A DNA stretch of 64,000 nucleotides from Ruminococcus sp. (GTDB taxonomy: Bacteria; Bacillota; Clostridia; Oscillospirales; Ruminococcaceae). The position numbers and the translations under genes were made by a program. Shown here piece after piece: positions 18,970 to 30,136 of the stretch (within the stretch, counting starts at the first letter, position 1; the number at the start of each line of letters is the position of its first letter). The stretch lies in the NCBI GenBank assembly GCA_030531185.1, contig JAUNOG010000007.1:508-64507 (forward strand), in the 5' to 3' direction. The notes under the pieces were generated by a model. That model was given only the letters and a program-made list of their open reading frames with translations. It was not told the origin of the DNA and searched no databases.

Positions 18970-19075
18970 TTTCCAAATGAGATCGCGGGCGATCTCAAAA
19001 ATCAATGTACACGCAGGTCATGTTGGAGGGCTGAAAACAGCTTGACCAACCAATAACCATAAGGAGGAAAATTTT

Positions 19076-19711
19076 ATGCAGAAGGGTATCATCGGAAAGA
19101 AAATCGGTATGACGCAGATTTTCGATGAGACAGGAAAGGTAGTTCCTGTAACAGTTGTTGAAGCGGGTCCCTGCGTAGTTGTTCAGAAGAAAACTGTTGA
19201 AAACGACGGTTACGACGCTGTTCAGCTGGGCTACGGCGATATCAGAGCCAAGAGAGTAAACAAGCCTCTCCAGGGTCACTTCAAAAAAGCTGACGTTGCT
19301 ATGAAGAGAATTCTTAAGGAGTTCAGACTTGCTGATATTTCAGCGGTCAATGTAGGCGACGTTGTAAAGGCTGACATCTTTGCTGAGGGCGACATCGTAG
19401 ATGTAAGCGGCACAAGCAAGGGTCACGGTTTTACGGGTACAATCAAGCGTCACAACAACGCAAGACTTAAGGAAACTCACGGTACGGGCCCTGTACACAG
19501 ACACGCGGGCTCAATGGGCGCTTGCTCATCGCCTTCGAGAATTTTCAAGGGCAAGGGTATGCCGGGACAGTACGGTAACACAAAGGTTACTGTTCAGAAC
19601 CTTAAGATCGTTAAGGTTGACGCAGAAAATAATCTTATCGCAATCAAGGGCGCTATTCCCGGACCTAAGAACGGTACGGTTACAATAGCTGACTGCGTTA
19701 AGAAGGCTTAG
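19076..19711 (+). CDS. rplC: 50S ribosomal protein L3
   Basis: [22 protein letters not shown]. Confidence 0.98.
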   Translation: MQKGIIGKKIGMTQIFDETGKVVPVTVVEAGPCVVVQKKTVENDGYDAVQLGYGDIRAKRVNKPLQGHFKKADVAMKRILKEFRLADISAVNVGDVVKADIFAEGDIVDVSGTSKGHGFTGTIKRHNNARLKETHGTGPVHRHAGSMGACSSPSRIFKGKGMPGQYGNTKVTVQNLKIVKVDAENNLIAIKGAIPGPKNGTVTIADCVKKA

Positions 19712-19730
19712 TGGAAGGAGGATATAAACT

Positions 19731-20354
19731 ATGTCACAGATTTCAGTATTTGACATGACAGGAAAGAAAGTTTCCGACACCGAGCTTAACGACGCTATTT
19801 TCGGTATTGAGCCGAATACAGCGGTAATGCACGCAATGGTAGTTAATTATCTCGCTAATCAGAGACAGGGCACGCAGTCAACTCTTACAAGAACAGAGGT
19901 AAGAGGCGGCGGAAGAAAGCCTTGGAGACAGAAGGGAACAGGTCACGCAAGACAGGGCTCTATCAGAGCTCCTCAGTGGGTTCACGGCGGCGTAGCACTT
20001 GGTCCTAAGCCGAGAGATTACAGCTACTCTCTTAATAAGAAGGAAAGAAGACTTGCTATGAAGTCTGCACTTTCCACAAAGGTTATCGACAATAACATCG
20101 TTGTTGTAGACGCTATCAAGACCGAGGAGTACAAGACCAAGACTATGGTTGAGATGCTCAAGGCTCTGGGCGCTGAGGGCAAGGCTCTTATCGTTACAGC
20201 GGAGTCCGACGCAAAGGTTATCAAGAGCGCTGCAAATATCCCCGGTGTTAAGACAGCAACAGTAAATACTCTCAGTGTTTACGACATTCTGAACTACGAT
20301 AAGTTTATCGTTTCTTCGGAGGCTGTAAAGAAGATTGAGGAGGTTTACGCATAA
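19731..20354 (+). CDS. rplD: 50S ribosomal protein L4
   Basis: [20 protein letters not shown]. Confidence 0.98.
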   Translation: MSQISVFDMTGKKVSDTELNDAIFGIEPNTAVMHAMVVNYLANQRQGTQSTLTRTEVRGGGRKPWRQKGTGHARQGSIRAPQWVHGGVALGPKPRDYSYSLNKKERRLAMKSALSTKVIDNNIVVVDAIKTEEYKTKTMVEMLKALGAEGKALIVTAESDAKVIKSAANIPGVKTATVNTLSVYDILNYDKFIVSSEAVKKIEEVYA

Positions 20355-20644
20355 TGAAAACTGCTCATGATATTATTATAAAGCCTATCATTACTGAGGA
20401 CTCTATGGAGAGACTTCAGAACGGCAAGTACACTTTCAAGGTTGCCAAGGATGCTAACAAGGTTGAAATTGCAAAGGCTGTCGAGGAGATCTTCGACGTT
20501 AAGGTTGCGAATGTCAACACTATGAATGTTAAGGGCAAGGAGAAGAGAATGGGTAGATATACCGGATTCCGTCCCGACTGGAAAAAGGCAATCGTTACTC
20601 TTGAGGGCGATAAGACTATCGAATTCTTTGACGGTATGTATTAA
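20354..20644 (+). CDS. rplW: 50S ribosomal protein L23
   Basis: [14 protein letters not shown]. Confidence 0.97.
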   Translation: MKTAHDIIIKPIITEDSMERLQNGKYTFKVAKDANKVEIAKAVEEIFDVKVANVNTMNVKGKEKRMGRYTGFRPDWKKAIVTLEGDKTIEFFDGMY

Positions 20645-20852
20645 TCCGTAAGGAGACGTTCCCTCTAAAAGAGGTGCGGAGGTTCCGCATTACTCCATCA
20701 AAGCCGCTTACACCGAGGCGATGACGGAAAGGCTCTGCGAGGCGGCGAGGACCGCTCACAATTGTTCCGCAGGGCGTAGGTATGGAAGGGCTCTTGGCTG
20801 TTTCACAGCTTTGACCTTTTCGCAAAACTCAGATTTAAGGAGTGAATTTATA

Positions 20853-21686
20853 ATGGCAATTAAGAGCTACAAGCCTACGACTCCCGGCAGAAGAGGTATG
20901 ACAGTTACCGACTACTCGGGTCTCTCAAAGGCTGCTCCATGTAAGTCTCTTCTCGAACCTAACAAGAAGAAGTCGGGAAGAAACAGCTACGGTAGAATCA
21001 CGGTTCGTCACAGAGGCGGCGGAGCGAGAAGAAAATACCGTGTAATTGATTTTAAGAGAAACAAGCTCGATATGAACGCTACAGTTCTTACGATCGAGTA
21101 CGATCCTAACCGTTCAGCTTTCATCGCTCTCGTTCAGTACGAGGACGGCGAAAAGAGATATATCATCGCACCTAACGGTCTTGCTGTTGGCGATGTAATC
21201 AGAGCAGGCGCAGACGCCGACATCAAGCCCGGCAACGCACTTGCACTCGCTAACATTCCGGTTGGTACTTTCATTCACAACATTGAGCTTTATCCCGGCA
21301 AGGGCGCGCAGCTTGTTCGTTCCGCAGGAAATATGGCTCAGCTTATGGGCAAGGAGGACACTTACGCTCTTGTAAGACTTCCTTCAGGCGAAATGAGAAA
21401 GGTTCCGATCAACTGTATGGCTACAGTCGGACAGGTTGGCAACATCGATCACGAAAACGTAAACATCGGTAAGGCAGGAAGAAAGCGTCACATGGGCTGG
21501 AGACCTACTGTAAGAGGTTCTGTAATGAACCCATGCGATCACCCCCACGGAGGCGGTGAAGGTAAGTCGCCTGTCGGCAGACCGTCGCCTGTTACACCTT
21601 GGGGCAAGCCTACAATGGGATACAAGACCCGTGCTAAGCATCATCGCTCCGATAAGTTTATCGTAAAGCGCAGAAACGGCAAGTAA
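20853..21686 (+). CDS. rplB: 50S ribosomal protein L2
   Basis: [31 protein letters not shown]; true start is ATG 20853 after AAGGAG. Confidence 0.98.
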   Translation: MAIKSYKPTTPGRRGMTVTDYSGLSKAAPCKSLLEPNKKKSGRNSYGRITVRHRGGGARRKYRVIDFKRNKLDMNATVLTIEYDPNRSAFIALVQYEDGEKRYIIAPNGLAVGDVIRAGADADIKPGNALALANIPVGTFIHNIELYPGKGAQLVRSAGNMAQLMGKEDTYALVRLPSGEMRKVPINCMATVGQVGNIDHENVNIGKAGRKRHMGWRPTVRGSVMNPCDHPHGGGEGKSPVGRPSPVTPWGKPTMGYKTRAKHHRSDKFIVKRRNGK

Positions 21687-21708
21687 GCTGAAAGGAGGCA
21701 GATGATAA

Positions 21709-21990
21709 ATGGGCAGAAGTGTCAAGAAGGGCCCTTACGTTCAGGAGGCTCTTATGAAGAGAGTTATCGCTATGAATGAGGCAGGAGAGAAAAAGGTTCT
21801 TAAGACCTGGAGCAGAGCCTCCACGATCTTCCCCGATTTCGTAGGTCACACATTTGCAGTTCACGACGGACGCAAGCACGTTCCTGTTTATGTAACTGAG
21901 GATATGGTAGGTCATAAGCTGGGAGAATTTGCGCCGACAAGAACTTACAAGGGTCACGCAGGTTCAAAGACCTCGAATAACGGTAAGTAG
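21709..21990 (+). CDS. rpsS: 30S ribosomal protein S19
   Basis: [18 protein letters not shown]. Confidence 0.98.
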   Translation: MGRSVKKGPYVQEALMKRVIAMNEAGEKKVLKTWSRASTIFPDFVGHTFAVHDGRKHVPVYVTEDMVGHKLGEFAPTRTYKGHAGSKTSNNGK

Positions 21991-22009
21991 TGCGGAAGGA
22001 GGAGTACAA

Positions 22010-22345
22010 ATGGAAGCAAAAGCTATACTGAGAACAGCTCGTATTGCTCCTCGTAAGGTACAGATCGTTCTCGATCTTATCAGAGGAAAAGATTACGACG
22101 TTGCAATGGCAATTGTCAAAAACACACCAAAGGCTGCAAGTGAATATCTTGAAAAGCTTCTGAAGTCCGCCGCAAGCAATGCTGAGAACAATCATAACAT
22201 GGATAAGAACAATCTTTATGTTTCAGAGTGCTATGTTTGTCCCGGACCGATTATGAAGAGAATTATGCCAAGAGCACAGGGCAGAGCATATAGAATTCTG
22301 AAGAGAACTTCACACATCACAGTGGTTCTCAAGGAAAAGGAATAA
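22010..22345 (+). CDS. rplV: 50S ribosomal protein L22
   Basis: [15 protein letters not shown]; start after GGAGGAG. Confidence 0.97.
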   Translation: MEAKAILRTARIAPRKVQIVLDLIRGKDYDVAMAIVKNTPKAASEYLEKLLKSAASNAENNHNMDKNNLYVSECYVCPGPIMKRIMPRAQGRAYRILKRTSHITVVLKEKE

Positions 22346-22365
22346 GCTGAAAGAGGAGGTAAACT

Positions 22366-23148
22366 ATGGGACAGAAAGTAAATCCACACGGACTTCGCGT
22401 CGGTGTGATTAAGAATTGGGACTCCCGCTGGTTTGCAGATAAGAGCACTTTCGGCGATACACTCGTAGAGGATTACAACATTCGTAAGTTCATTATGAAG
22501 GATCTTAACAGAAGATCGAAGAATCCTGCTGATAAGTGCGTATACGCCGGTGTTCCGAAGGTTGAGATTGAAAGATTTGCCGACAAGGACGGCAGCCAGA
22601 AGGTTAGAATTCATATCCACTGCGCTAAGCCGGGTCTCGTGATCGGCAGAGGCGGAGCGGAGATCGAAAAGCTTCGTGCAAACATTGAAAAGATGATCGG
22701 CAAGTCGGTTGCCATTAATATCGTAGAGGTTAAACAGCCCGATATCAACGCTCAGCTCGTTGCAGAGAAGATCGCTCACGATCTTGAGGACAGAATTTCC
22801 TTCAGAAGAGCTATGAAGCAGTCTATCGGCAGAGCTATGAAGCTCGGCGCAAAGGGTATCAAGGTCAAGGTATCCGGCAGACTTGCGGGCGCTGAGATCG
22901 CAAGAAGCGAAAGCTATCACGAGGGTACTATTCCTCTCCAGACTATCAGAGCCGATATCGACTACGGCACTGCTGAGGCGCACACAACTTACGGCCGTCT
23001 CGGTATCAAGGTTTGGATTTACAGAGGAGAGGTTCTCAAGGGCGAGGTAGCCGCATCCGACAGACGCGACACAAACGACAGAGACAAGAAGCGCGGCGGC
23101 AGAAATCGTCGTGATTCAAGATCCAGAAAAGAAGGAGGTAACAAGTAA
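22366..23148 (+). CDS. rpsC: 30S ribosomal protein S3
   Basis: [33 protein letters not shown]. Confidence 0.98.
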   Translation: MGQKVNPHGLRVGVIKNWDSRWFADKSTFGDTLVEDYNIRKFIMKDLNRRSKNPADKCVYAGVPKVEIERFADKDGSQKVRIHIHCAKPGLVIGRGGAEIEKLRANIEKMIGKSVAINIVEVKQPDINAQLVAEKIAHDLEDRISFRRAMKQSIGRAMKLGAKGIKVKVSGRLAGAEIARSESYHEGTIPLQTIRADIDYGTAEAHTTYGRLGIKVWIYRGEVLKGEVAASDRRDTNDRDKKRGGRNRRDSRSRKEGGNK

Positions 23149-23579
23149 TGCTGCTTCCAAAGAGAGTTAAGTTCAGAAAACAGCACCGCGGCCGTATGAC
23201 CGGTAAGGCGCTGAGAGGAAACACGGTTTCCTACGGCGATTTTGGTCTTCAGGCTCTTGAGCCTGCATGGATCAGTTCCAACCAGATAGAAGCTGCCCGT
23301 ATCGCTATGACAAGATACATCAAGCGTGGCGGACAGGTTTGGATAAAGATCTTTCCGGATAAGCCTGCAACAAGAAAGCCTCTCGGTACCCGAATGGGTA
23401 AAGGTAAGGGAGCTCCCGAATACTGGGTTGCAGTTGTTAAGCCGGGCAGAATAATGTTCGAGATCGCCGGCGTACCTGAGGAGACCGCAAGAGAGGCTAT
23501 GCGTCTTGCTATGCATAAGCTTCCTATCAAGTGTAAGTTCGTTGTAAAAGATACTCAAGAAACGGGTGGTGAGCAATAA
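23148..23579 (+). CDS. rplP: 50S ribosomal protein L16
   Basis: [22 protein letters not shown]. Confidence 0.98.
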   Translation: MLLPKRVKFRKQHRGRMTGKALRGNTVSYGDFGLQALEPAWISSNQIEAARIAMTRYIKRGGQVWIKIFPDKPATRKPLGTRMGKGKGAPEYWVAVVKPGRIMFEIAGVPEETAREAMRLAMHKLPIKCKFVVKDTQETGGEQ

Positions 23580-23776
23580 TGAAGGCAAATGAAATCAAGG
23601 ATATGACAGCCGACGAGCTTAACAGCAAGCTGGCTGAACTCAAGCAGGAGCTTTTCAACCTTCGTTTCCAGCACGCTGTAAATCAGCTGGAGAACCCTAA
23701 GAGACTTCAGGCTGTTAAGAAGGATATTGCTCGTGTTAAGACATTCATTCGTAAGCAAGAGTCCGAAATCCAGTAA
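23579..23776 (+). CDS. rpmC: 50S ribosomal protein L29
   Basis: [16 protein letters not shown]. Confidence 0.97.
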   Translation: MKANEIKDMTADELNSKLAELKQELFNLRFQHAVNQLENPKRLQAVKKDIARVKTFIRKQESEIQ

Positions 23777-23796
23777 TTTCGAAGGGAGGATTAACT

Positions 23797-24054
23797 GTGA
23801 GCGAAAGAAATCTGAGAAAGACAAGAGTAGGTACTGTTGTTTCCAATAAGATGGACAAGACAATCGTTGTCGCTATCAAGGACAACGTTCAGCACCCTCT
23901 TTACAAGAAAATCATCAAGAGAACAGTTAAACTTAAGGCACATGACGAAAACAATGTCTGCGGTATCGGAGATAAGGTTGAAGTTATGGAGACAAGACCT
24001 CTGTCCAAGGATAAGAGATGGCGTCTCGTTAACGTTCTCGAAAAGGCTAAGTAA
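23797..24054 (+). CDS. rpsQ: 30S ribosomal protein S17
   Basis: [19 protein letters not shown]. Confidence 0.98.
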   Translation: MSERNLRKTRVGTVVSNKMDKTIVVAIKDNVQHPLYKKIIKRTVKLKAHDENNVCGIGDKVEVMETRPLSKDKRWRLVNVLEKAK

Positions 24055-24133
24055 TTAAAATAACGAGTGCAAAGTGCTGGGCAGAATTATTTCTGCCGCA
24101 CGCACCTTGAGTTTTTGAAAGGAGGAACGCACT

Positions 24134-24502
24134 GTGGTACAGATGCAGACTTACCTGAAGGTTGCAGATAACTCCGGCGCTAAGGAGCTTATGTGTATCC
24201 GTGTTCTCGGCGGTACGAGAAGAAAGTATGCAAACATCGGTGACGTTGTAGTTTGTTCTGTTAAAAAAGCAACACCAGGCGGAGTTGTTAAAAAGGGCGA
24301 CGTTGTTAAAGCAGTAATCGTTCGTTCAGCAAAGGGTCTTCGTCGTGCAGACGGTACTTATATCCGTTTCGACGAAAACGCTGCTGTAATCATAAAGGAA
24401 GACAAAAATCCCAGAGGTACCCGTATCTTTGGACCAGTTGCTAAAGAGCTGAGAGATAAGGACTATATGAAGATCCTTTCACTCGCTCCGGAAGTTCTTT
24501 AA
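24134..24502 (+). CDS. rplN: 50S ribosomal protein L14
   Basis: [16 protein letters not shown]. Confidence 0.98.
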   Translation: MVQMQTYLKVADNSGAKELMCIRVLGGTRRKYANIGDVVVCSVKKATPGGVVKKGDVVKAVIVRSAKGLRRADGTYIRFDENAAVIIKEDKNPRGTRIFGPVAKELRDKDYMKILSLAPEVL

Positions 24503-24519
24503 TTTGGAGGTGTCGTAAA

Positions 24520-24843
24520 ATGAATAAGGTACACGTTAAAACAGGCGACACCGTTGTTATCCTCTCCGGTAAGGACAAGGGTAAGCAGGGTAAGGTTTTG
24601 GCAGTTTCCCCTAAGGAGGGTAAGGTCATTATCGAAGGTCTTAACATTGCTACAAAGCACGTTAAGCCAAGAAGCGCTCAGCAGCAGGGCGGTATTGTTT
24701 CCGCAGAGGCAGCTATGTACGCTTCAAAGGTAATGGCAGTTTGCCCTAAGTGCGGCAAGCCTACAAGGGTTGCTCACAAGTTCCTTGAGGACGGAACTAA
24801 GGTTAGAGTTTGTAAGAACGCTGAGTGCGGCGAAGAATTTTAA
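24520..24843 (+). CDS. rplX: 50S ribosomal protein L24
   Basis: KOW motif [16 protein letters not shown]. Confidence 0.97.
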   Translation: MNKVHVKTGDTVVILSGKDKGKQGKVLAVSPKEGKVIIEGLNIATKHVKPRSAQQQGGIVSAEAAMYASKVMAVCPKCGKPTRVAHKFLEDGTKVRVCKNAECGEEF

Positions 24844-24857
24844 GGAGGAGTTAAACT

Positions 24858-25403
24858 ATGGCTACAAGACTTAAAGAGCAGTATGTTAGCACGGTAGCTC
24901 CTGCAATGATGAAGAAATTCGGCTACGCTAACGTAATGCAGATCCCTAAGCTTGACAAGGTTGTTATCAACGTAGGCTGCGGCGCAGACAAGGATAACAA
25001 AAAGGTAATCGACGCTATTATGACAGACCTCGCCACTATCACAGGTCAGAAGCCTATCGTTTGCAAGGCTAAGAAGTCGGTTGCTAACTTCAAGCTCAGA
25101 GACGGACAGATCATCGGTGTTAAGGTAACACTGAGAGCGGATAAGATGTATGAATTCGTTGACAGACTTTTCAACGTTGCATTCCCCCGCGTAAGAGACT
25201 TCAGAGGCATCAACCCCAACTCGTTTGACGGCAGAGGCAACTACTCTACCGGTATCAAGGAGCAGTTGATTTTCCCTGAGATCGAGTATGATAAGATCGA
25301 TAAGGTTCGCGGTATGGACATTAACTTTATCACTACCGCAAATACAGACGAAGAGGCAAAAGAGCTGCTTTCACTTATGGGCGCTCCGTTTGCAGACAAG
25401 TAA
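24858..25403 (+). CDS. rplE: 50S ribosomal protein L5
   Basis: [20 protein letters not shown]. Confidence 0.98.
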   Translation: MATRLKEQYVSTVAPAMMKKFGYANVMQIPKLDKVVINVGCGADKDNKKVIDAIMTDLATITGQKPIVCKAKKSVANFKLRDGQIIGVKVTLRADKMYEFVDRLFNVAFPRVRDFRGINPNSFDGRGNYSTGIKEQLIFPEIEYDKIDKVRGMDINFITTANTDEEAKELLSLMGAPFADK

Positions 25404-25419
25404 GAGGAGGATATAAATT

Positions 25420-25605
25420 ATGGCAAAGAAGGCTATGATCAATAAGCAGCAGGCTAAGCCTAAGTATTCAACTCGTGCTTACAACAGATGCAAAATCTGC
25501 GGAAGACCGCACGCTTACCTGAGAAAGTTCGGCGTATGCCGTATCTGTTTCAGAGAGCTGGCTCACGACGGTCAGATTCCGGGCGTTAAGAAGTCAAGTT
25601 GGTAA
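25420..25605 (+). CDS. rpsN: 30S ribosomal protein S14, zinc-binding type
   Basis: CKICGR...CRICFRE; 61 aa. Confidence 0.97.
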   Translation: MAKKAMINKQQAKPKYSTRAYNRCKICGRPHAYLRKFGVCRICFRELAHDGQIPGVKKSSW

Positions 25606-25620
25606 AAGGAGGTTGACGGC

Positions 25621-26019
25621 ATGCAGATCACAGATACTATAGCAGACCTGCTTACAAGAATTCGTAATGCAAGCACTGCAAAGCACGCAACAGTTGACGT
25701 TCCTGCATCTAACATGAAGAAGTCTATCACACAGATACTCGTTGACGAGGGATATGTTAAGGACTTCAAGGTTATTGAGGACGGCAAGCAGGGTATCATC
25801 AGAATTACCCTTAAATACGATGAGAACAGAAATTCCGTTATCACGGGTCTCAGAAGAGTTTCTAAGCCCGGTCTCAGAATTTACGCTAGCTGCGAGGATA
25901 TGCCTAAGGTTATCAAGGGAATGGGTATCGCTATCGTTTCCACTTCCAAGGGCGTTATCACAGACAAGAAGGCAAGAGAGCTCAATGTCGGCGGCGAAGT
26001 TCTCGCATTCATCTGGTAA
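25621..26019 (+). CDS. rpsH: 30S ribosomal protein S8
   Basis: [22 protein letters not shown]. Confidence 0.98.
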   Translation: MQITDTIADLLTRIRNASTAKHATVDVPASNMKKSITQILVDEGYVKDFKVIEDGKQGIIRITLKYDENRNSVITGLRRVSKPGLRIYASCEDMPKVIKGMGIAIVSTSKGVITDKKARELNVGGEVLAFIW

Positions 26020-26033
26020 GGAGGACTAAGATT

Positions 26034-26585
26034 ATGTCAAGAATCGGTATTAAGCCTATTAGTGTTCCTGCAGGTGTAGAGGTAACTGTTGCGGAAGGTA
26101 ACGTAGTTACGGCAAAGGGTCCTAAGGGCACACTTACAAAAACATTCCACAAGGATATGATTATCAAGGTTGCAGACGGAGTTGTTACTGTCGAGCGTCC
26201 ATCAGAGGATAAGCTCCATAAGTCACTTCACGGTCTGACAAGAACACTGGTTGCCAATATGGTAGAAGGTGTATCCACAGGTTTCTCTAAGAAGCTTGAA
26301 ATCGTCGGCGTTGGTTACAGAGCTCAGAAGCAGGGCAAGAACCTTGTTATGAACCTCGGTTTCTCACACCAGGTAATCGTTGCGGAGACAGATACTATCA
26401 AGATCGATGTTCCCGACGCGAACCATATAATCGTTTCAGGCTGCGACAAGCAGGAAGTTGGTCAGTTTGCTTGTGAGATCCGTGAAAAGCGTCCGCCGGA
26501 GCCTTATAAGGGTAAGGGTATTCGTTACGAAGGCGAGTATGTTATCCGTAAGGAAGGTAAAGCCGGCAAGGGTGCAAAGAAGTAA
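26034..26585 (+). CDS. rplF: 50S ribosomal protein L6
   Basis: [16 protein letters not shown]. Confidence 0.98.
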   Translation: MSRIGIKPISVPAGVEVTVAEGNVVTAKGPKGTLTKTFHKDMIIKVADGVVTVERPSEDKLHKSLHGLTRTLVANMVEGVSTGFSKKLEIVGVGYRAQKQGKNLVMNLGFSHQVIVAETDTIKIDVPDANHIIVSGCDKQEVGQFACEIREKRPPEPYKGKGIRYEGEYVIRKEGKAGKGAKK

Positions 26586-26603
26586 TAAAAGGAGAGAATT
26601 ACT

Positions 26604-26963
26604 ATGGTTAAAAAGCTTGACAGAGCTAAGGCAAGAGCAAAAAGACATCAGAGAATCCGTAACAAGGTTAACGGAACGGCTGATTGTCCTCGCCTCAACG
26701 TATTCCGCTCCTCTAAGCATATATATGCACAGATCATCGACGACACAAACGGCGTAACGCTTTGCTCCGCTTCTTCAATGTCCAAGGATTTCGAGGGCAA
26801 CGGCGGCAACAAGGAAGGCGCTCGCAAGGTCGGCGAAATGATCGCTGCGGCTGCCAAGGCAAAGGGCATCGAGAATGTCGTATTCGACAGAGGCGGCTAT
26901 CTTTATCACGGCAGAGTGCAGGAATTAGCAGACGGAGCCCGTGAAGGCGGACTTAAGTTCTAA
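26604..26963 (+). CDS. rplR: 50S ribosomal protein L18
   Basis: [20 protein letters not shown]. Confidence 0.98.
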   Translation: MVKKLDRAKARAKRHQRIRNKVNGTADCPRLNVFRSSKHIYAQIIDDTNGVTLCSASSMSKDFEGNGGNKEGARKVGEMIAAAAKAKGIENVVFDRGGYLYHGRVQELADGAREGGLKF

Positions 26964-26978
26964 GAAGGAGGGTATACA

Positions 26979-27479
26979 ATGGCTTTAATAGATGCTTCAA
27001 ATATGGAGCTCACCGAAAAGGTTGTTGCGATAAACAGAGTTTCCAAGACCGTTAAGGGCGGACGTATTATGAAGTTCTCCGCACTGGTAGTAGTCGGCGA
27101 CGGAAACGGCATCGTTGGCTTCGGCATCGGTAAGTCGGGAGAAGTTCCCGACGCGATCAGAAAGGCTATTCAGGACGCCAAGAAGAACCTCATCAGGATT
27201 TCGCTCAAGGGTACTACAATTCCTCACGAAATCGTTGGTAAGTTCGGCGCAGGAGAAGTTCTTCTGAAGCCTGCCGCTCCCGGTACAGGTATTATCGCAG
27301 GCGGTACGGTAAGAGCAGTAGTTGAGGCTGTGGGCATTAAGGACATCAGAGCGAAGTCGCTTCGTTCAAACAATCCTTACAACGCAGTAAGAGCTACAAT
27401 TAACGGTCTTTCAAATGTAAGATCAGCGGAACAGATCGCTGAACTCAGAGGTAAGACTGTAAAGGAAATTTTTGGCTAA
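26979..27479 (+). CDS. rpsE: 30S ribosomal protein S5
   Basis: [22 protein letters not shown]. Confidence 0.98.
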   Translation: MALIDASNMELTEKVVAINRVSKTVKGGRIMKFSALVVVGDGNGIVGFGIGKSGEVPDAIRKAIQDAKKNLIRISLKGTTIPHEIVGKFGAGEVLLKPAAPGTGIIAGGTVRAVVEAVGIKDIRAKSLRSNNPYNAVRATINGLSNVRSAEQIAELRGKTVKEIFG

Positions 27480-27495
27480 GGGAGGATAAACAGTA

Positions 27496-27675
27496 ATGGC
27501 AAACCTGAAGATCGAACTGATCAAGAGCCTTAACGGCAGAAGCGCAAAGCAGATTGCTACTGCTAATTCTCTTGGTCTGAGAAAAATCGGGGATACAAAC
27601 GTACAGCCCGACAATGCTTGCACGCAGGGCAAGATCAAGCTGGTATCCCACCTTATTAAAGTAACCGAAGCGTAA
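27496..27675 (+). CDS. rpmD: 50S ribosomal protein L30 (absent from the ORF track)
   Basis: Hand translation [32 protein letters not shown]...[10 protein letters not shown]; canonical position between rpsE and rplO. Confidence 0.95.
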   Translation: MANLKIELIKSLNGRSAKQIATANSLGLRKIGDTNVQPDNACTQGKIKLVSHLIKVTEA

Positions 27676-27695
27676 AGCAAGGAGGTGCGAAACAC

Positions 27696-28136
27696 ATGAA
27701 ACTGCATGAATTATCACCTGCTGCAGGCTCAACAAAGGACGTTAAGCGTATAGGCAGAGGTCACGGTTCAGGACAGGGTAAAACCGCAGGCAAGGGACAC
27801 AAGGGCCAGAAGGCTCGTTCAGGCGGCGGAGTAAGACCCGGCTTCGAGGGCGGACAGACCGCTCTTGCAAGAAGAATTCCTAAGCGTGGATTCAACAATA
27901 TTTTTGCAACTAAGTATGCAATAGTCAACGTATCCGATCTCGAAAAGTTCGTAGACGGTACTGTTGTAGATACAGAGCTTCTCAAGGCTTCCGGCATTAT
28001 CAAGAAGGAGCTCGACGGCATTAAGGTTCTCGGAAACGGAGAGCTGACTAAAAACCTTACCGTCAAGGCTGCTAAGTTCTCGGCTGCAGCTAAGGAAAAG
28101 ATTGAAAAGGCAGGCGGGAAGGCTGAGGTGATGTAA
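27696..28136 (+). CDS. rplO: 50S ribosomal protein L15
   Basis: [28 protein letters not shown]. Confidence 0.98.
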   Translation: MKLHELSPAAGSTKDVKRIGRGHGSGQGKTAGKGHKGQKARSGGGVRPGFEGGQTALARRIPKRGFNNIFATKYAIVNVSDLEKFVDGTVVDTELLKASGIIKKELDGIKVLGNGELTKNLTVKAAKFSAAAKEKIEKAGGKAEVM

Positions 28137-28138
28137 TT

Positions 28139-29446
28139 GTGATAGAGACATTTCGTAATGCCTGGAAGGTTCCGGAGTTAAGAAAGAAGCTTCTCTTTAC
28201 ATTTTTCATCATCGTGATTTACAGAATAGGCGGTACCGTTCCCGTTCCGTACCTCGAAGCAGCTGAGCTGGCGTCGTGGTTCGGTTCAAACGACAACGGT
28301 AACTTCTTCAGCTATTTAAACGTTCTTTCGGGCGGCAACTTTGCCAAGGCTACGGTCATGGCGCTGTCCGTTGGTCCGTACATCAACGCGCAGATCATTA
28401 TTCAGCTTCTGACCTATGCGCTGCCTCCTCTTGAAAGACTTTCCAAGGAGGGTCCCGAGGGCAGGAAAAAGCTCAATAAGATCACTAAGTACACCGCTCT
28501 TGCCATTGGACTTTTCCAAGGTTGGGCATATTACCGTACTATGCTGAACGCAGGCGCCGTAACTTATACGGGTCACAGCTTTGAGAGATATTTCGCAGAG
28601 GTTATCATTATTCTGTGCTTTGTGGCAGGTTCGTCCCTGACGATCTGGCTGGGCGATCAGATAAATGAGAAGGGTATCGGAAACGGTATCTCGATGCTTC
28701 TCTTTGCAGGTATCATCGCAAGAGGTCCTGCGGCTGTCATCTCGCTGTTCCAGCTTATGATAGACGGTCTCAAGGCGGGAGAGGCTAAGAATGTTATCCT
28801 TGTTCCGATCATTCTGATAGTGTTTGTAGTTATGATAGCATTTATCATCTTTATGAACAATGCGGAAAGAAGAATCCCTATTCAGTATGCTAAGCGCGTC
28901 GTGGGCAGAAAGCAGTACGGCGGACAGAACACATTCATTCCTGTTAAAATCGCAATGAGCGGCGTTCTCCCGATCATTTTTGCTATGGCGTTTATGTCTA
29001 TCCCATCGACGCTTGAGATGTTCATTAAGCCGGAAAAAGGAAGCTTTTACGATCACTTCCTTGACTGGTTCAGCTACACTCACCCGTTCTATGCTTGTCT
29101 GTACTTCCTGCTTATCATAGGATTTAACTACTTCTATGTTTCAATGCAGTACAATCCTGTCGAGATCGCAAACAATCTCAGACAGAACAACGGCGGCGTT
29201 CCCGGTATAAGACCCGGAAAGCCCACAAGCGATTATCTGAAGAAAATTTTGTCAAAGATAACATTGGTAGGTGCGGTATTCCTCGGAATTATCGCTATCT
29301 TCCCTATCATCTTCTCGGCTATCACCAAGATGAATATCGCTATGGGCGGTACTTCGATCCTCATCGTAGTATCGGTTGCTCTTGAGACAGCAAGAACTAT
29401 GGAATCCCAGATGATGATGCGTCATCATTCAGGATTTTTAAAGTAA
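28139..29446 (+). CDS. secY: Preprotein translocase SecY
   Basis: GPYINAQII, GIGNGISM, PGIRPGKPT, GGTSILIVV. Confidence 0.98.
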   Translation: MIETFRNAWKVPELRKKLLFTFFIIVIYRIGGTVPVPYLEAAELASWFGSNDNGNFFSYLNVLSGGNFAKATVMALSVGPYINAQIIIQLLTYALPPLERLSKEGPEGRKKLNKITKYTALAIGLFQGWAYYRTMLNAGAVTYTGHSFERYFAEVIIILCFVAGSSLTIWLGDQINEKGIGNGISMLLFAGIIARGPAAVISLFQLMIDGLKAGEAKNVILVPIILIVFVVMIAFIIFMNNAERRIPIQYAKRVVGRKQYGGQNTFIPVKIAMSGVLPIIFAMAFMSIPSTLEMFIKPEKGSFYDHFLDWFSYTHPFYACLYFLLIIGFNYFYVSMQYNPVEIANNLRQNNGGVPGIRPGKPTSDYLKKILSKITLVGAVFLGIIAIFPIIFSAITKMNIAMGGTSILIVVSVALETARTMESQMMMRHHSGFLK

Positions 29447-29485
29447 TCAATTCATAAACCGTCTGATTAGATAAGGAGTTATATT

Positions 29486-30118
29486 ATGAATATTATTCTC
29501 TTAGGCGCGCCGGGTGCAGGCAAGGGTACTCAGGCAGAGGTCATCTGCAAGGAACTGAATATCCCTACTATCTCCACAGGAAATATGCTCAGAGCTGCCG
29601 TTAAGGCGGGCACGGAGTACGGTCTCAAGGCAAAGGCTGCTATGGACGCAGGCGACCTTGTTTCCGACGATATAGTGATCGGTATTCTCAAGGACAGAAT
29701 TGCTGAGCCTGACGCTCAGAACGGCTTTATTCTTGACGGATTTCCGAGAACTGTTCCTCAGGCAGAGGCTCTGGACGCTATGGGCGTTCAGATCGATAAA
29801 GTTCTTGAGCTTTACGTTGACGAAGAGGTTATCAAGTCAAGACTTACAGGCAGAAGAGTTTGTCTCGACTGCGGCGCAACATATCACGTTGTATCCAAGG
29901 CTCCTAAGACCGAGGGTATCTGCGATGCTTGCGGCAAGGAGCTTGTGATCCGTAAGGACGATCAGCCCGAAACTGTTATTTCAAGACTTGAGACTTATCA
30001 CAAGTCTACTGCTCCTCTCAAGGATTATTATCAGGCTCAGGGTAAACTCATTACCGTTGAGGGCGTCGATACGGTAGATGGTACGTCGGAACTGGTAATG
30101 GCTGCTCTTAAAGCTTAA
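29486..30118 (+). CDS. adk: Adenylate kinase
   Basis: GAPGAGKGTQA, GFILDGFPR, Zn-lid cysteines. Confidence 0.98.
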   Translation: MNIILLGAPGAGKGTQAEVICKELNIPTISTGNMLRAAVKAGTEYGLKAKAAMDAGDLVSDDIVIGILKDRIAEPDAQNGFILDGFPRTVPQAEALDAMGVQIDKVLELYVDEEVIKSRLTGRRVCLDCGATYHVVSKAPKTEGICDACGKELVIRKDDQPETVISRLETYHKSTAPLKDYYQAQGKLITVEGVDTVDGTSELVMAALKA

Positions 30119-30136
30119 TAGAACCGAGGCGCAGTA

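Noticed and set aside
20721-20852. 44-aa N-terminal extension of L2 in the ORF track
   Set aside because: The canonical MAIK start with AAGGAG is at 20853; the upstream ATG has no good RBS
20645-20852. Hammerhead ribozyme or tRNA in the rplW-rplB spacer
   Set aside because: No CUGAUGA core and no TTCGA T-loop or cloverleaf found by eye
25420-25605. Zinc-binding S14, L36 and Cys-rich L24
   Set aside because: These are the ordinary forms in Clostridia
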